Assembly: GCA_951406725.2 (NCBI GenBank) | Contig: OX597822.1 | Location: forward strand, 6,200,001-6,264,000 | DNA: 64,000 nucleotides | Source: Octopus vulgaris | Lineage: Eukaryota | Direction: 5' to 3' | In this document: in pieces, positions 13,170-28,387 of the stretch | Layout of the letters: each line of letters starts with the position of its first letter | Position numbering within the stretch: position 1 is the first letter of the stretch | Translations under genes and position numbers: made by a program | Notes under the pieces: generated by a model | The model's database searches: none | What the model saw: only the letters and a program-made list of their open reading frames with translations | What the model was told of the DNA's origin: nothing

Positions 13170-14689
13170 TATATGTATATATATGTATGTGTGTGTGTGT
13201 GTGTTTGTATGTGTATGTTCGTTCAATATTTAGTTCCCTTTAAGTAACGAGTTGGCAGAATCATTAGCACACCAGAAAATTACTGTGCTTGTGCTAATAT
13301 ACGACACCATTCTTTAGTTCACTTTTAATATATTTTGCAAAAGAATTATTTTCTTCAAAATTTTTAGCGAACTTCTTAAAATTCTTGCACATCGGCGCAC
13401 ACACTCACGCACAAAATATTTAAGTGAGTATTTGTATATATGCATGTTTATCTCTCCCTATATTTTCTGCTAGCAAATGGGTTACCAGAGAATTCCCGAC
13501 ATTTCATGCTTGCATTGCTATATTAATCGTTGTATTTTACTTTGAACACTTCGTATTTGCTGTTCCTAGATTAAAACTTCGCAGCACTTGATTTATTGTG
13601 TGAATACTACAAACACGAACTTGTGTCCGGATAAAAAAAAGCATTTTATAAATGCATTTATATAATTGTTCTTAATATATGTCATGCTTTTATTATATAA
13701 TGTCCGTTACTTTCAGCATCTATTTCATTTCATTACGTTATTGCTGAAATCATGAAATCATGAAAGTTTCCGGAGGTCTAAGCTAAAATGCTTTACACGT
13801 TATATTCTCGATATATTTCTGAGGAAGTTATTTCTATTCCGCTTCTTTTTCTATTTCTCTATTTCTCTCTCCCAAAATAGCAAAGTTATTGCATTCATTG
13901 TTGCTTGTGTAGAGAGGGATTGTTCCTTCAAATGTACGTTCCCTGAAATATGAAAATGCAAAAAGCATTCAATGTGTCTAGATGGATTAACGTATCGTCG
14001 CAAGAAATGCACTCTTTGGTCTTTGACGGAAAACACGGGTGCGTGCTATTCGATTTCAAACCCGTGTGCACGTTCGTAGCATCAATTTTCCCAACTGTAC
14101 TTGAGATATGAAGGACTCTTCGAAGTAGATTTAAAAGCGGTCTTCGGAGTCTAACTCGACTCTTGCTGGAAAACATTTAGTGCTGAACGAAAGTATTGCA
14201 ACGAATATATTTCAGGAGCCAATTAATAAATCAATAAGACGTCTTGGCTTAACAGCCTCACCGTTTGATTTTACTGTCTTGTTCTATCTGTCCTGTTCTT
14301 GTTACCACTTCCTCCCTCCACAAAAAATCCCAAATTTTATTCAATTTGCTTTGCGGGAAGGACTGTTTCAATGAAGCCGCGTATTGTCCTTGCCTTCAGA
14401 CGCGGAATAGATGAAACAGGAACAACTGATGAAGGGGAATATTCTTTATGTTGCATGTCTTTTTTCCGTTTTTTTCTTTATTCGAAAAAAGTTCGTTTTC
14501 TATGTTTTTGTTTTTATGTTTTCGTTTCTCATTGTGTTGAACGTTTTTTTTTATCTCCTGTACCCATATATGCATGTATATATACGTATATATGTAGGTG
14601 TGTACATATATGTATGCATATATTTATATATTATTTATATTATTATGTGATCGAACGCCACGCATCCTTTTCCAAGTAAGCTTTATCTG

Positions 14690-14814
<125 letters not shown>

Positions 14815-16011
14815 TTATCTATCTATCGATATATATATATATATTTTTTTTTTCATATATACCTCAGTGTTGCTGTCTAGTCCAAGACCAGCATAGATTG
14901 TGCTGTCCTGTTACTAAGAACTATCTACTCATGCTCTTTAACTTTATATTTTTTCCAGGCACTCCTCACTTCCCTAAACTACATATCCTTCCAAGTTGTG
15001 ATCGCAGGAAACTATAGCAGTTATTTTTAGCAAGCCAAGTGACACAGAGAGGTTCCGTGACAAAAACGTGGAGTTTATAGATAAAATAATCAATATAATG
15101 TATCATCTGAAGGAATAGTTATTTTAATTATGATATTGCACTCGTCTTTCTCCGACTACTACCCCCAACACCAACACCAACACCTAACCACCACCAATAC
15201 CAGCACCAGTACCCCCGTCATCACAAATGCTATGACGCTAAATTACTTATGTATATTCATTACAGCTTAACACTTTTTCATCTTTCCTTGCAGCAATTAG
15301 ATTCTCTAATTATTGATGTATTTTATCTATTTTATGTTTATCATTCGGTTTTCGATCTCATTTGTGAACCAGAGTTATTAATTTCTATTTATATATATAT
15401 CTATAATCCACACATACACGCGTACACACACACACACATTCACACACACATGTTGGTGTATATATATATATACTTGTATATATTTATATATATATACATG
15501 CATATATGTATACACACACACACATTTATATACATACAAACACTCTCACACGATAGTATCGAACTGAGAATGAGTTCTCAAGACCGCACCGCATTTTGGC
15601 AGATAAAGCAGATAAAGTTAATAAAGCAACGAATGGTTCAATGTGGACAAACTCTCTGTAATTCTTTAAATGATCCTCTTTAGAATGCTTGTGATGGTTT
15701 CCCTTATGGATGAGAATACATGAGCTTACGCGAGACTAGGCGTAATAGAAACAAATCAAAGGTGATTTATAAGAATTTCTGAATTGTTATCTCCCTTAAT
15801 TAATTCCTTAATGGTGTTATGTGAGAACCTTCACGCACACTCGTTTCTATAAATACCTAGAGCACACAGCCTGTTTATGCATAATATCTTTTATGGGGTT
15901 TTCCAGGATTTGAACGCAATGTTAATTCAGGAAGTCGAAAGTTCACAAAGACATTTGTAAGTTTATACGCATGTAATTTTGTGAATCGTGTGATATCATA
16001 TGTTATGTATA

Positions 16012-16396
16012 TCTTTATATATAAAAGAGAGGTTGTGTGCTGTCTGTCTCCTACGATTTAGATTTCTAACTACTCCCACATTTTGCGGTGCAGTTTAACC
16101 AAAACCGGGTATCTTATAGTCGTGATTCATTTCGAGCCCTTCTGGGTATTAGCGCGCGTCTACGATTAAAAAAAAAAATTATCATCAATTTTTCCCATTT
16201 TTAATGCATTTTTGGCATATATAATGGAAGTAACTCTCTAAAAATTTATTAAATCTTAGAACGTAAAAAGCTACAGTAACACCCCCCCTCCTTTGTGGTT
16301 AGCCATATTGAGATGGCTATTATAATTTACATCTCTAAAACTGCTTATATAGTTATTTCCCTTACAAACCCGAGCAACGCCGGGCGATATTGCTAG
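16012..16396 (+). mobile_element. Non-autonomous Helitron
   Basis: 5' TCTTTATATATAAAA, subterminal hairpin CCCGAGCAACGCCGGG, 3' CTAG, inserted between host A (16011) and T (16397), no TSD. Confidence 0.85.
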
Positions 16397-16404
16397 TGCT
16401 TTAT

Positions 16405-16577
16405 ACAAGGCTGGCGACTAGAGTTGCCTGGCACCCCGGACAAACTGAACTTCGGCGCCCGTACAGGCTTAATTTTTTAAAACTTTCACAAGGAGAAACA
16501 CTGAAAATGTAGGCTAAAAAGTACATGGCGTCTTGGGCGACTGCCCAAGTTGCTGGTACGTTGAACCGGTCCTGGTT
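16405..16577. mobile_element. Possible MITE
   Basis: Imperfect termini CAAGGCTGG / CCGGTCCTG with GC-rich subterminal GGCGCC/GGGCGA motifs. Confidence 0.3.
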
Positions 16578-16619
16578 ATACATATCTGTATAATTAAGAA
16601 TTCCAGCGTGGATTCCTTG

Positions 16620-17075
16620 GGTTACTTATATGTAATGCATGTTGTGCATACAATCGATAACCAAAAAACTTACCACTGTTGGATAAGTGGCAACTGTTGA
16701 TGATAGGATATTAAATCTCTCTGTAATATAGAGCTTGCATTTGCTCACAAGACCTTAGCTATGATGCTGATCTTAGCTATGATGCTCCAATTCATACGAG
16801 ATAATCTGCGTTCTTCTCTTTAAGGGTCATACAATAGTAGATAAACATGTTGCATGTCTTTTGTTCTATTCTTGAAACGAAAGGAAATGCTGCGTGTATC
16901 TTGCCTTGAAGGTATTTCCAGTTAGTCTGATGTAATATCATATTCTTCTGTTCATATCGCTGATGCTGGCCTTGTACACCGGCTCTGTTTCCAGGCACAT
17001 ACTTTTCAGGAGACAGTTATCAGCGAATCTACACTTACAAGATATTTGAGGAATATTTTTAACGTTATTCTTATA
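16620..17075 (-). mobile_element. Penelope-like GIY-YIG endonuclease remnant
   Basis: CKCRFADNCLLKSMCLETEPVYKASI..YYIRLTGNTFKARYTQHFLSF..LKEKN..CKLYITERFNIL, the CxC-CPL-C / VYKA / YIGLT / FKxRY pattern, with stops. Confidence 0.8.
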
Positions 17076-17564
17076 GTGATTGGAAATCAATGTTAGGGAA
17101 GTAAATATAGCTAACACACACACACATATGTATGTGTGTGGCTATGTGTTTGTGCTTGAGTGCATATGTATATGTGTGTGTGTGTTTCCAACAGTGGAAT
17201 TGGCGTGACCAGTATAAATTATAAATGCGGGGTAGCGTTACAATGATCTCGTGTAAAGGTGCTTAAGTATATGTAGTTAGAAAATAGCGATAGAAAATAG
17301 TAGATTAGAGAACAAGTTTTTTGATAGACTAGAAAAGACTTTTAGAAAGGTATCACAGCTAACGCGAAAAAGTAAAAATAACCACTGACGATGTTCTCGA
17401 AGCTCATCTCAAATGTTGAGCGGTTTACTAATGCAACACATTTTACGGTATGAAATCCAGAAATATTTGAAGGCCATGGTGAGTTGAAGTGTGATGTGGT
17501 AAGAAAGCCTCGGCATCGTGCTGCTTTTCAAATTATATGTATAAACATCCAGTAGCACTCCAGG

Positions 17565-17755
17565 AATCTCTTTGTTCGGAGATGGGTTACAAAGTCTACT
17601 ACGATGGTTTTCTAGAAGGTTAAGCGATGTTAAATTAAAATGGAATGATAAATGATATGGTGCAAAGTGTATCATTACATTTTAATTTAACATCGCTTAA
17701 CCTTCTAGAAAACCATCGTAGAAGACTTTGTAGCCGATGTCCGAACAAAGAGATT
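17565..17755. repeat. Long fold-back hairpin (~86-bp arms, ~19-nt loop)
   Basis: 17565-17650 is the reverse complement of 17670-17755 with few mismatches. Confidence 0.92.
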
Positions 17756-18228
17756 ATTTGGGAACACACCTGCTTCGTAGGAAAAAAAAATGAATTTGCT
17801 GGTTCAGCAAATCTAATTTCAAACCTTAAATTTGAAAAGTATTACCAAATCTCATTTCTGTGGTCAGAATATATAAGCGCACCCTTGATAGCAAAACAAA
17901 AAAAAAAACAACAACAAAAAAAAACGAAGTTACAATTAAAACAAAGTACAAAGGTAATGACATGTTGGTACTGCTGTACTAAGTTTCAACCTAAATGAAC
18001 ACATAAATTACTATAATAATCAGTGTTTCCTTTCCTTAATTAACAAACGTTTATTCTTTTCTTCTCAGACACCGTAACATTTTAATAAAAACAGATAGTA
18101 ATCTTCTTGTAGGTAGACACATTACACTCGCGCGCGCACACACAGACACACACACAGACAAACAAACAAGCACACTTACGCACGCTCACATACGCACACT
18201 CACACACACAAGCACACTTACGCACGCA

Positions 18229-18263
<35 letters not shown>

Positions 18264-18545
18264 TAATAGCGTGCTATTCCGTTCGTACAATGCATATATA
18301 TTAATTTGGCTTACTAAAATGGCCTTTTAAATAATATGGTGCAAAACAAATCATTTCATTTGAATTTATTCATCGCTAGAAAAGAATGAATGCGAAACGT
18401 TTCTGCTTTCAACGGTCGATTATCTGATTTTTAGGATGCGTGAGTTTGACCATTTTATTTGTTGTTTGTCTGTATGAGTGTACGTTTAATTAGGCTGATG
18501 CATATCAAAACTTGTGTCTGCGTGCTCTTGTCTCCATTGTAATTA

Positions 18546-18851
18546 CATGATCACCGTGACCGTGACCGACCAGGCCATCAGATGTTGTTACACATCGCTG
18601 GTCACAATGCACTTCGCACTGTTTTAGCCTTCAAATGACGCCACCCCGCTGGCTAAGCGAGCAGGCCAACAGAAGAAAGAGAGAAAGAGTGGTGAAAGAG
18701 TACAGCAGGGATCACCACTCCCTGCCGGAGACTCGTGGAGCTTTTAGGTGTTTTTCGCTCAATAAACACTCACAACGCCCGGTCTGGGAATCGAAACCGC
18801 GATCCTATGACCGCGAGTCCGCTGCCCTAACCACTAGGCCATTGCGTCTCC
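18546..18851 (-). mobile_element. tRNA-derived SINE, family C (RTE-like tail)
   Basis: Head TGGCCTAGTGGTTAGGGCAGCGGAC..GGTTTCGATTCCC; second copy at 41131-41422. Confidence 0.88.
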
Positions 18852-20121
18852 ACAATTACATGATATAATTCGTTATATTATTTGATTTGTAAGAGATATA
18901 TTTTCAGTGACTCTTCGTATTAGCTATGATTCTTTTTCTCTTTGTTAAGAAATGTATTATTTTATGTGGGCGTGTTCAAACATACGCGTCTGTAAGTATA
19001 TTTCTGTTTTTCATGAAACATTATTATGGCGGTTAATTTGTGACTTAAAAATAAAAATAATGAATAGAATTTGTATTCCTCAGTGGGATGTTGAAAACGA
19101 GCTATTTCAGCAATAATCAAATTCATTGAATTCTTGTATATTCGTTTATCTTGTAATCTCAAGAAAATTCTTATGTAGTGGAAGCCAGTGTATCGTTATT
19201 AATTGAGAACAAAACACTTTTGCAATATGGAAGAGAACAATTTGTCATAATATGTTCAGTTTATATGTTACTGCTGTTCATATGCTGTTATGTTATTTAA
19301 GAAGGTAGTTGCACATGCGCATTATGTGATGACATTAATTCTGTGTACATATTAAATGTTTTAGGTTTGGTGATTCATAATTTATATCTTACACAGATCG
19401 GAAAGGTTGAAGAAAATATTTCATTGTCTTAAATATGATGCATGTACCTAATAATCCGAAAACATATGGCCCGCAAACAACGTGTCCTATCACCAAAATA
19501 CGTCGCTTTGCTTACTTTCATATCTTAAGAGATATTAAATAAAGGCCGATTAATAAATCTTACAGAACATTGCTGAAAGAGAGGTGCTAAGTTTAAACTA
19601 GAAATTTTATCATAAAGGGTGATTAACCAGCTACAGATCAGTATATATATATATATATATATGTGTGTATATATATATATATGTACATATATATATATAC
19701 ACACACAGAACCACCCAGCGAACATCCACCATGGGTCATCACATTTGCTTAAGGTAAAAATGAATTCCTCGCTCTTTCGGAAACATCAATCTTCTGTATT
19801 GACCGCTTTCCACCACTTTGATCTGTTTTTTGTATTGAATACGTATCGCCACCGTGGGCCACTGCATCGAACACTTTGAACATATACTTCAAACTATATA
19901 TCAACTATACATGAACTATATATCAACTATACATGAACTCTAAGATGTCTGACTCCGTTGTGTATTATAAATGAATTTCTTGTGTTTGACGGCATGAGCT
20001 GTCTTTTTTATATATAACTTTTTTTGATAAAGTTCATTTCAGGAACTGAAACATGTTATAATGTATATATATAAAAATTAAAAATTGTATAATACAGCAG
20101 CATTTTCGAACTTCATTTTTT

Positions 20122-20216
<95 letters not shown>

Positions 20217-21388
20217 TATATATATACACATATATATATATATACATATATATACATATACATATATATACACATATATATACATACACACACATATACA
20301 TATATACATACATTTATACAGATAAAGATATATGACTCCTGTCAAAGATTCCATTAGAGAGGAAAGGAAGAAAGCGCAATTGACCAATGTACCCTCTACA
20401 AGTTCAGGGTATGTTAGACTATTTACTAAGAGACTCTTACAAGACCAGTGCCGTTAATTCCTAGAGAATTAATCTGAATGAGACACACACACACACACGC
20501 ATACAAACACACGCACACACGCACACACATACTCATACACACTTACACACACACTCACATACACACACACTCATGCACACACACATACATACAAACACAA
20601 ATCGAGCAGACCATCTTTGGAACTGAGGTCTCCTTTAGTGTAAAGATGAAAGTAGGCATCCTTGGTGAGAGAAGCAGTGTAAAGGAGATAGTAATGATTA
20701 AGCAGGCTTCTATTGGACGGCTATGGATGGGCAGATATTGTTGATGGTGCTGGAAATGCCGAGGAAAGGAACAGAGTTGTTGGATACAGATAATATAAAA
20801 AAACAATGTGCGGTGGAAAGTGTTAAGAAAGAAGATGAACTTCATAATGAAGCCACTCAAACTTGTAAACGTGTCACCGACGTTTTTGAATTCGAGTTTT
20901 TCTTTCGATTCTCACACCTTCACTTTCATCGTTCCCAATCACATCCTTCAACTCCTATCTCAACTAAAATTTTCTCCCTATCATCTTCGTTTGCTTCTCT
21001 TCATATTTTCATTCTCTTTCCATCTCCTTATCTCACACTATTCCCCTCTCCTACTACGTGTGCAAATTCACGCTGCTTTGCTTCCCCCAATCGTCTGCAG
21101 CCAGTTTCGCAAACAAAGAAGTAGAAAAACTCTGCTGTGTTTTTGTTAATACTCAACGGGTTTCTTTATCCTAAAGGAGGACACATTTAGAATTCCCGAG
21201 GCAATTTCAATACACTGTTTATGCCACTTTATCTATATATAGAAATACCAATATAAACATACATAACTACATATATGTCTATATATACATATACATACTC
21301 ACACATATATAAACATTCACACGTACATACGTATGTATGTATTTATACACATACGTATACATGCATATATACATACACACACACATTC

Positions 21389-21460
<72 letters not shown>

Positions 21461-21535
21461 TTATATATATACATATATATATATATATATAAAGAAATTC
21501 ATATACATATATACAAATATATATACATAAATATA

Positions 21536-21766
21536 TATTTCTTTACTACCCACAAGGGGCTAAACACGGAGGGGACAAACAAGGACAGACAAAGGGATTA
21601 AGTCGATTACATCGACCCCAGTGCGTAACTGGTACTTAATTTATCGACCCCGAAAGGATGAAACGCAAAGTCGACCTCGGCGGAATTTGAACTCGGAACG
21701 TAACGACAGGCGAAATACGGCTACGCAGGTCGCCCGGCGTGCTAACGTTTCTGCCAGCTCGCCGCC
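21536..21766 (-). mobile_element. SINE family A
   Basis: Full-length match to 968-1197. Confidence 0.92.
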
Positions 21767-22671
21767 TTGTATATACTAGCTGACGTACACGGTAATTCTT
21801 GGGAAAGCGTGGCTTATCCCTTTGTTCCGTTCTCATAATTGTTTCGCTAATCCAATAAAAACAATACAAAGTATGTAACCCTTAAAACGGTTTTAGTGCA
21901 TTTAAAGAGAATACCGAACTGGATCTTGTTTTTAGGAATTCCCAAGAAGTTATGAATACCCAAATTGTGAAGTCAGTTATGTAATAACGTGAAATTAGTA
22001 CCCCGATAGGAAGAATTCAAATAAAGTAGCTCCGAAAAGGACTTTAATGCGTTCCCAGAGTTTATAGAACTTAGGAGGAAATACTAATAAGTTATGTATA
22101 CTAAAATCGTGAAGCATGTTACCTAATAACAGGCTAATCAGATATGAGATAATAACAATTCAAAGTCAATAACTATGAAAAGGGCTTTTGTGCTTTCGCA
22201 GAGAATATTACCCTCAGCGGCGTTAGTGCTGGTATATTCGTGAATAAACCATTAACCGAAATAAGTGGATCTATTGTTTAGGAAAGTACTATTTACTTGT
22301 TTAAGTGTTGTACTGGATAAATTACGAAAATAACTCTAACAGTTCAAATGCTAAGAAATTAGCATACACAATTTTATTTACACCAAATGATTTAGGGAAG
22401 TGAATGGGTTATTTCCCTTACCTGCTAAAATCCGGGAAAATAGGTTATTTCCGTTGACTGTTAAAATGAAATATATTAGATGTATATAAGGATCCCTTCC
22501 AGGGGCCCTATTATTGATCTTTTCAACAATCTGAGTATGCTATGAGTTTTCCAGACATGAGTTCTACTCATGTGCCAAGTTTTATCAAAATCGAGTTAGC
22601 TAACAATTCCACAAAGACTCCCGCAGACAGAATTTCCCACATATGAATATATATATGTGTATATATAAAGT

Positions 22672-22709
<38 letters not shown>

Positions 22710-22716
22710 CTCTCTA

Positions 22717-22803
<87 letters not shown>

Positions 22804-22870
22804 ATCTATATATATATATATATATATATATCTAGATAGATATATAGATATCTATATATCTATCTATCTA

Positions 22871-22966
<96 letters not shown>

Positions 22967-23799
22967 TATGAAATGTATTGAGTTTTTCAGAATCCTTATC
23001 ATCACAAAGAATGTCTTTATCATACTGTTCCGCTTTCAACCATCAGTATCACTTTCATCATCTGCACCATCGAGCTGCTCTCATTATCTCGTAGTCGAAG
23101 TCTCCGCCATCACCTCAGTCACCGCCTCTGCAATCGTTGTCGTCGATGTCGTCGTCGTCTGCCTTTTTGTCACTTGCAGAGCATGTTTCAGTCCCATGAA
23201 ACATCCTCTGCGTCCAATATTACATGAAGTCAATTATGTCAACGACGTCTATCATGTTTGGAATGCATTATACAATGCTGTATATAATTATATTCAAGAA
23301 GAAGCATAATGTGCGTAGTTATGAAAGGCACATCTTCATTTTTTTTTCTTCAGAATTTGTTTTATGTTTCACGTTTCTGAATAGAAACTCAAGCACTATC
23401 CGACTGGGAAGGAATATTTTTCTTTCCCCTCCCTTTGCGAACCTGGAATGCGTTATACCACTTTTTCCATTTTTTAGGTGATAAGATGCTTTCGGACAGA
23501 CACTTGGCTGTTATTTATAGAATGTCAAGGACTACGTAGAATTTCCTTTATTGACTCACCAAATAGTTTTACTGTAGTCCTTATTTAGCACACGCTATTC
23601 CTCACAGAGCAGAACATAGATTAATAGTATTCCAAGCAATGAATATCCCCTTGATTTAAGGATGCCTTATAATATATGTTTTAGTACGTTCTTACCGTTT
23701 TGTGATAATAGAAATGAATTGTTCTTATGGCCTTTGTAGCTCCCTTCTATACCATTCAAAGATCTGTAAGATCTATACATTAACATTACTGTAGAATTA

Positions 23800-23995
23800 A
23801 AGCGGTGAGCTTAATTATCCTTAAGCAAGCCGGGAAAAATTCTCAGCTGTTTGTCATCCATCGTTACGTTCTGAGTTCAAATTCTACCAAGGTCGACTTT
23901 GCCTTTCATCTTTTCCAGCTCGATAAAATAAATACCAATTGAGTATTCGACTTACCTCTTCCCTCGAAATTGTTGGACTAGCATCAAAATTTGAA
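23800..23995 (+). mobile_element. Degenerate SINE family A
   Basis: GTTCTGAGTTCAAATTCTACCAAGGTCGACTTTGCCTTTCATC core. Confidence 0.75.
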
Positions 23996-25066
23996 ATCAA
24001 TATTTCTATAGAATAGTTGCAATTTAACAGTTGCAGGAAAAGAAAAAGAAAGGTATTTCAGAGAGAAAAAATATGTTCTAGGAAAAAGAACTGGAAGTAT
24101 GGCTAGTGCGGAGCACGGGGGAAAATGCATAGAATATGGTAGTCAAAAAGATGAGGAAACGAATGAATCGACAGTCGCTGATTGAGAAGACTTGAGAGAA
24201 AACTGCTCTTATATGTAGAGACTAATGTAGTTATGGTAGAAAAAGCAGGGTGGGGGGAGGGAGAACAGAGCGACTCTGTGCCAGTGTCCATTGGGTATTG
24301 GTAAGCAGCGAGTTCATGATAATTAGTCGAATGGTTTCGTGTTTTGTTGAAACCAGTCGACCTATTGAGTAGTGTGTGTGTGTGTTTGTGTTTGTGTGTG
24401 TGTTTGTTTGTGTGAGTGTGTGTGTGTGTGTGCGTACCAGTAGCCTCATCTCGGACGTAGGGGTATCACATCGTTTGGGTCTCATTTCATGTATGTAAGA
24501 TGTAGCTACTGTTTCGAGTAGGCTGAACGCCCACGTTGAGATTCCATACTTGTTTCAATAATGCAAAAATAAATAAATAAATAATAAAATAAATAAATAA
24601 ATAAAAAAAAAAAATGGGGGAACTAAATTTCAAGCATAAAATACATGCAAAAATCTAAATAAATAAACAAACGAACCGATCTACATTGATTATTTAGTAG
24701 AAGCGCTGAGCAGAAACAAAAGAATATTAAATCCTATCTGAATTGATATCAATTGATGTCAATTCATTCGAGTAGAAAATTAAAACGAAACCTCGCAGAC
24801 ATGAAGTTATAACGAGAACTTCAACACAAATAAAATATTTCAATGAAATACAATTACTGAAATAGTCATAGATAATTACAAATTTGCTGTTGGTATAATT
24901 CGATAGTGTCTTAAGTTGAATTAGACTTAAGAATGAAATCAGTTTAATACATACATACGTACTCATACCACATATACATACATTCACAGAAATATATATA
25001 TATATATATATATATATAAGTATATATATATATGTATAAATATATATATATATGTATGTATGTATG

Positions 25067-25128
<62 letters not shown>

Positions 25129-25732
25129 AATATATATATATATATGCAAATATATATAATAACAATCAAAACTTTTTTGTAATGTAATCATCAAGTCACA
25201 CATTATGAGAACTGAGTGAAGTTGATTATATTTTTCCTCATTTAGACGTTGGTACATATTTTATCGATCTCGAAAAAAATATGTAAGACAAAATTGATGT
25301 TGGCGGGATTTCATCTTAACGATGAAACACAATTAAATATTCAAAAACGTACCATGTCTACCTGGCCAAAGTAGGCTGGAAGAAAACATGGAAATATCAA
25401 TATTATAAGAATAAAGAAACACTCATATATATACACACAAGCATACATATGCATGAGACAGTAGTTAAAAAGAACCATGGACTCGTTTTGATCTATGTAT
25501 GCAAGAATCTCAAAGCTCATACAATATTGAAAAAGAAAAAAATACAGAGAGGAAAAATGACCTTTTTTTAATCTGTGTGTTGTTAAAGATTTCTGAATCT
25601 TTTATGAAATCAATATATATATATATATATATATGTATTATTGTGTGTGTGTGTATACATATATATAGGTAAGTATGTATGTGTGTATGTGAGTATCTAT
25701 CTATCTGTATATATATTTATGTGTGTGCGTTT

Positions 25733-25781
<49 letters not shown>

Positions 25782-25840
25782 CACACACACACACACATAC
25801 ACACACACACACACATACACACAGACACACACACACACAT

Positions 25841-25871
<31 letters not shown>

Positions 25872-26149
25872 CATACATGCATGCATACAAAAACGAAAAT
25901 AATAAAAAATAGGGCAGAAATATAACATAAAAAAGATGTATCTGAAATCAAAGACTGCCTGATAAAAAGAAGTCCTCCTTAAATAGTAAAGTCTTCATCC
26001 ATTTGAAAAGCGACAACATTTCTTTTTACAATAAATCCCAGTTCGACATAGAGATAAAAGGATTTTTATCAAGAATTAGATAATAATAAATCATAAGTCA
26101 ATATAGTGACAACATAAAAGGAAGGAGAAAAAAATGAATAGGGAAGGGA

Positions 26150-27150
26150 TTGCTACGGGAGTGAATGTTTAAAACAAATCCAGCAACTGATATAAATATT
26201 TTAGGATGCTAAAAAGATACGAGATGTAGTCCAGTGTTTACAGATAAAGATAAAGTACATAGAAAAGTCTTGGAAATGAGCCAGACACAGGCTTGTTTTT
26301 GAAGAGGCACATATCAAAATATTTCCAAAAGTATTTAATACCCTACAGGCGGAACAGCAAACAACAACAGAGTGTTTTACTCTGGGGGAAAATATTTTAA
26401 TCCACATGGCTTAATAAACTGCAAACCTCGGAACGATAGAGCCATATCAGGCCTTTTTATGTTTTATAAAACAATTGTATAACAGAAGATAAACGATTAC
26501 TTGGAAAATAAACGAGTCAATCCGAGGGCAATAGAGAGGATGCTGCAAAGGCTAATGTAGTTATAAAGATCAAATTTGATCAATAAGGCCACAGTTTAAG
26601 ACCGTAAATAAAAAGTGAAATTAAACATGGTGTCTATTGACTACGAGAAGGCATCCGATAATTTTGCCTACAAAAGGATTCGGCACACTTTAGTCATAAA
26701 TAAGGTTGTTTTGAATAGACATTAAACAATTCTACTGGTATAGGCAAAAGACGGAGTTAAATAAACAACTTTATCTGCGTTGGGTGAGGAATATTCCGAA
26801 AGGGTAGTTTCTCTTGTACGATTTTACAATCTAACATTAAAACATTTAAGAATTTGTTCAGACTTTACTCAGATACAAATGATAAGAGAAGATATTCAAC
26901 GATATTTCTTATATGTAGGATCTGAAGTGGTACGATGCAGAGCGAACACTAGAGATAACACGAATTTGTTTGAAAAATTAATACGAATTTCGGGTTAGAA
27001 AATAACCAGTCACAAACATTTCGAGACAAAGAAAATTATCAAACACAGCAAGTTTTTAAGAATTACAGTTAATAAAATTAGAATAATCACGGACATAGAA
27101 ACAATTATGAATTAATGAACTCAGCAGAATACAAAAAACGCAAACAGGGA
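26150..27150 (+). pseudogene. Decayed RT of an R4/Dong/NeSL-type non-LTR retrotransposon
   Basis: Fragments PRNDRAIS (PENYRPI), YKDQI*INKA (CKDQLLINKA) and LNMVSIDYEKASDNF (LSMAWIDYKKAFDSV). Confidence 0.6.
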
Positions 27151-27969
27151 ATAGTAAAAATATGTTTGATTAATATTTGAAATTACATAAGTGAAAATAT
27201 ATTGTAATATTAAGCACAATATTTATATGTGTGTGTGTTGTGTGTAAATGTGTGAGTGTAAATGTGTGTGTGTGTGTGTATGTGTGAGTATGTGCATCTT
27301 TTATTTTTTACTTGTTTCTGTCATTTGACTGCGGCCATGCTACGGCACCATTTTGAAGGTTTCAGTCGAAGTATTCTCATGCAATACTTATACATTTTGA
27401 AAGCCTGGTCCTTTTGCCGAACTTCTATGTTACGGGGATATAAACAAACCATCACCGGTTGTTAGTAGGTGGGAGGGAGACAAACGCAAATACACATAGA
27501 TGCACCCCCACACACACACAAACACACACATATGAAGTGAAAAAGTGCGACAAAGGCACTACTGGATGAATTGTAGGAAAAGTAAAAGGAAAATACATTA
27601 AGGGAGAATTGTTTAAAATCATTGCTATCTGTTTGGTCACGAACAGATTCTGATGATATTAATTCCATTTCACTAAACAAGCAATACTCGTCGACTTCGT
27701 AACTATTTTACTTTGTAAATATATTTCTGAATATAAATATTTCAGTACATTTTCCTTTTCAATCTTACTTCCTAAAAGTTTTAACCTACACCTACAGACT
27801 CAAAGGAAAGCCACCTTTAGCCGTTTTGAACATGTCAATCACGTAGCTACAGCTTCAGGTGTTGTTCAAACTGGAATTTTGGTGGCAGACCTATTTGAGC
27901 TCTCAGAATGCATACCTATTAGTCTGAGTCATCCATGTATATATATCCAATATATACATATATATATAT

Positions 27970-28387
27970 ACTCTTTTACTCTTTTACTTGTTTCAGTCAT
28001 TTGACTGTGGCCATGCTGGAGCACCACCTTTAGTCGAGCAAATCGATCCCAGGACTTATTCTTTGGCAGCCTAGTACTTATTCTATCGGTCTCTTTGGTC
28101 GAACCGCTAATTTACGGGGACGTAAACACACCAGCATTGGTTGTCAAGCGATGATGGGGAGGGACAAACACAGACACACAAAAACATACACACACGTACA
28201 TATATATATATATATATACATATATACGACGGGGTTCTTTCAGTTTCCGTCTACCAAATCCACTCGCAAGGCTTTGGTCGGCCCAAGGCTATGGTAGAAG
28301 ACACTTGCCCAAGATGCCACGCAGTGGGACTGAACCCGGAATCATATTACTGGTAAGCAAGCTCCTTACCACACAGCCACTCCTACG

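Noticed and set aside
21870-22645. Helitron/Helentron-like remnant (CCAAGTTTTATCAAAATCG motif)
   Set aside because: Termini could not be defined.
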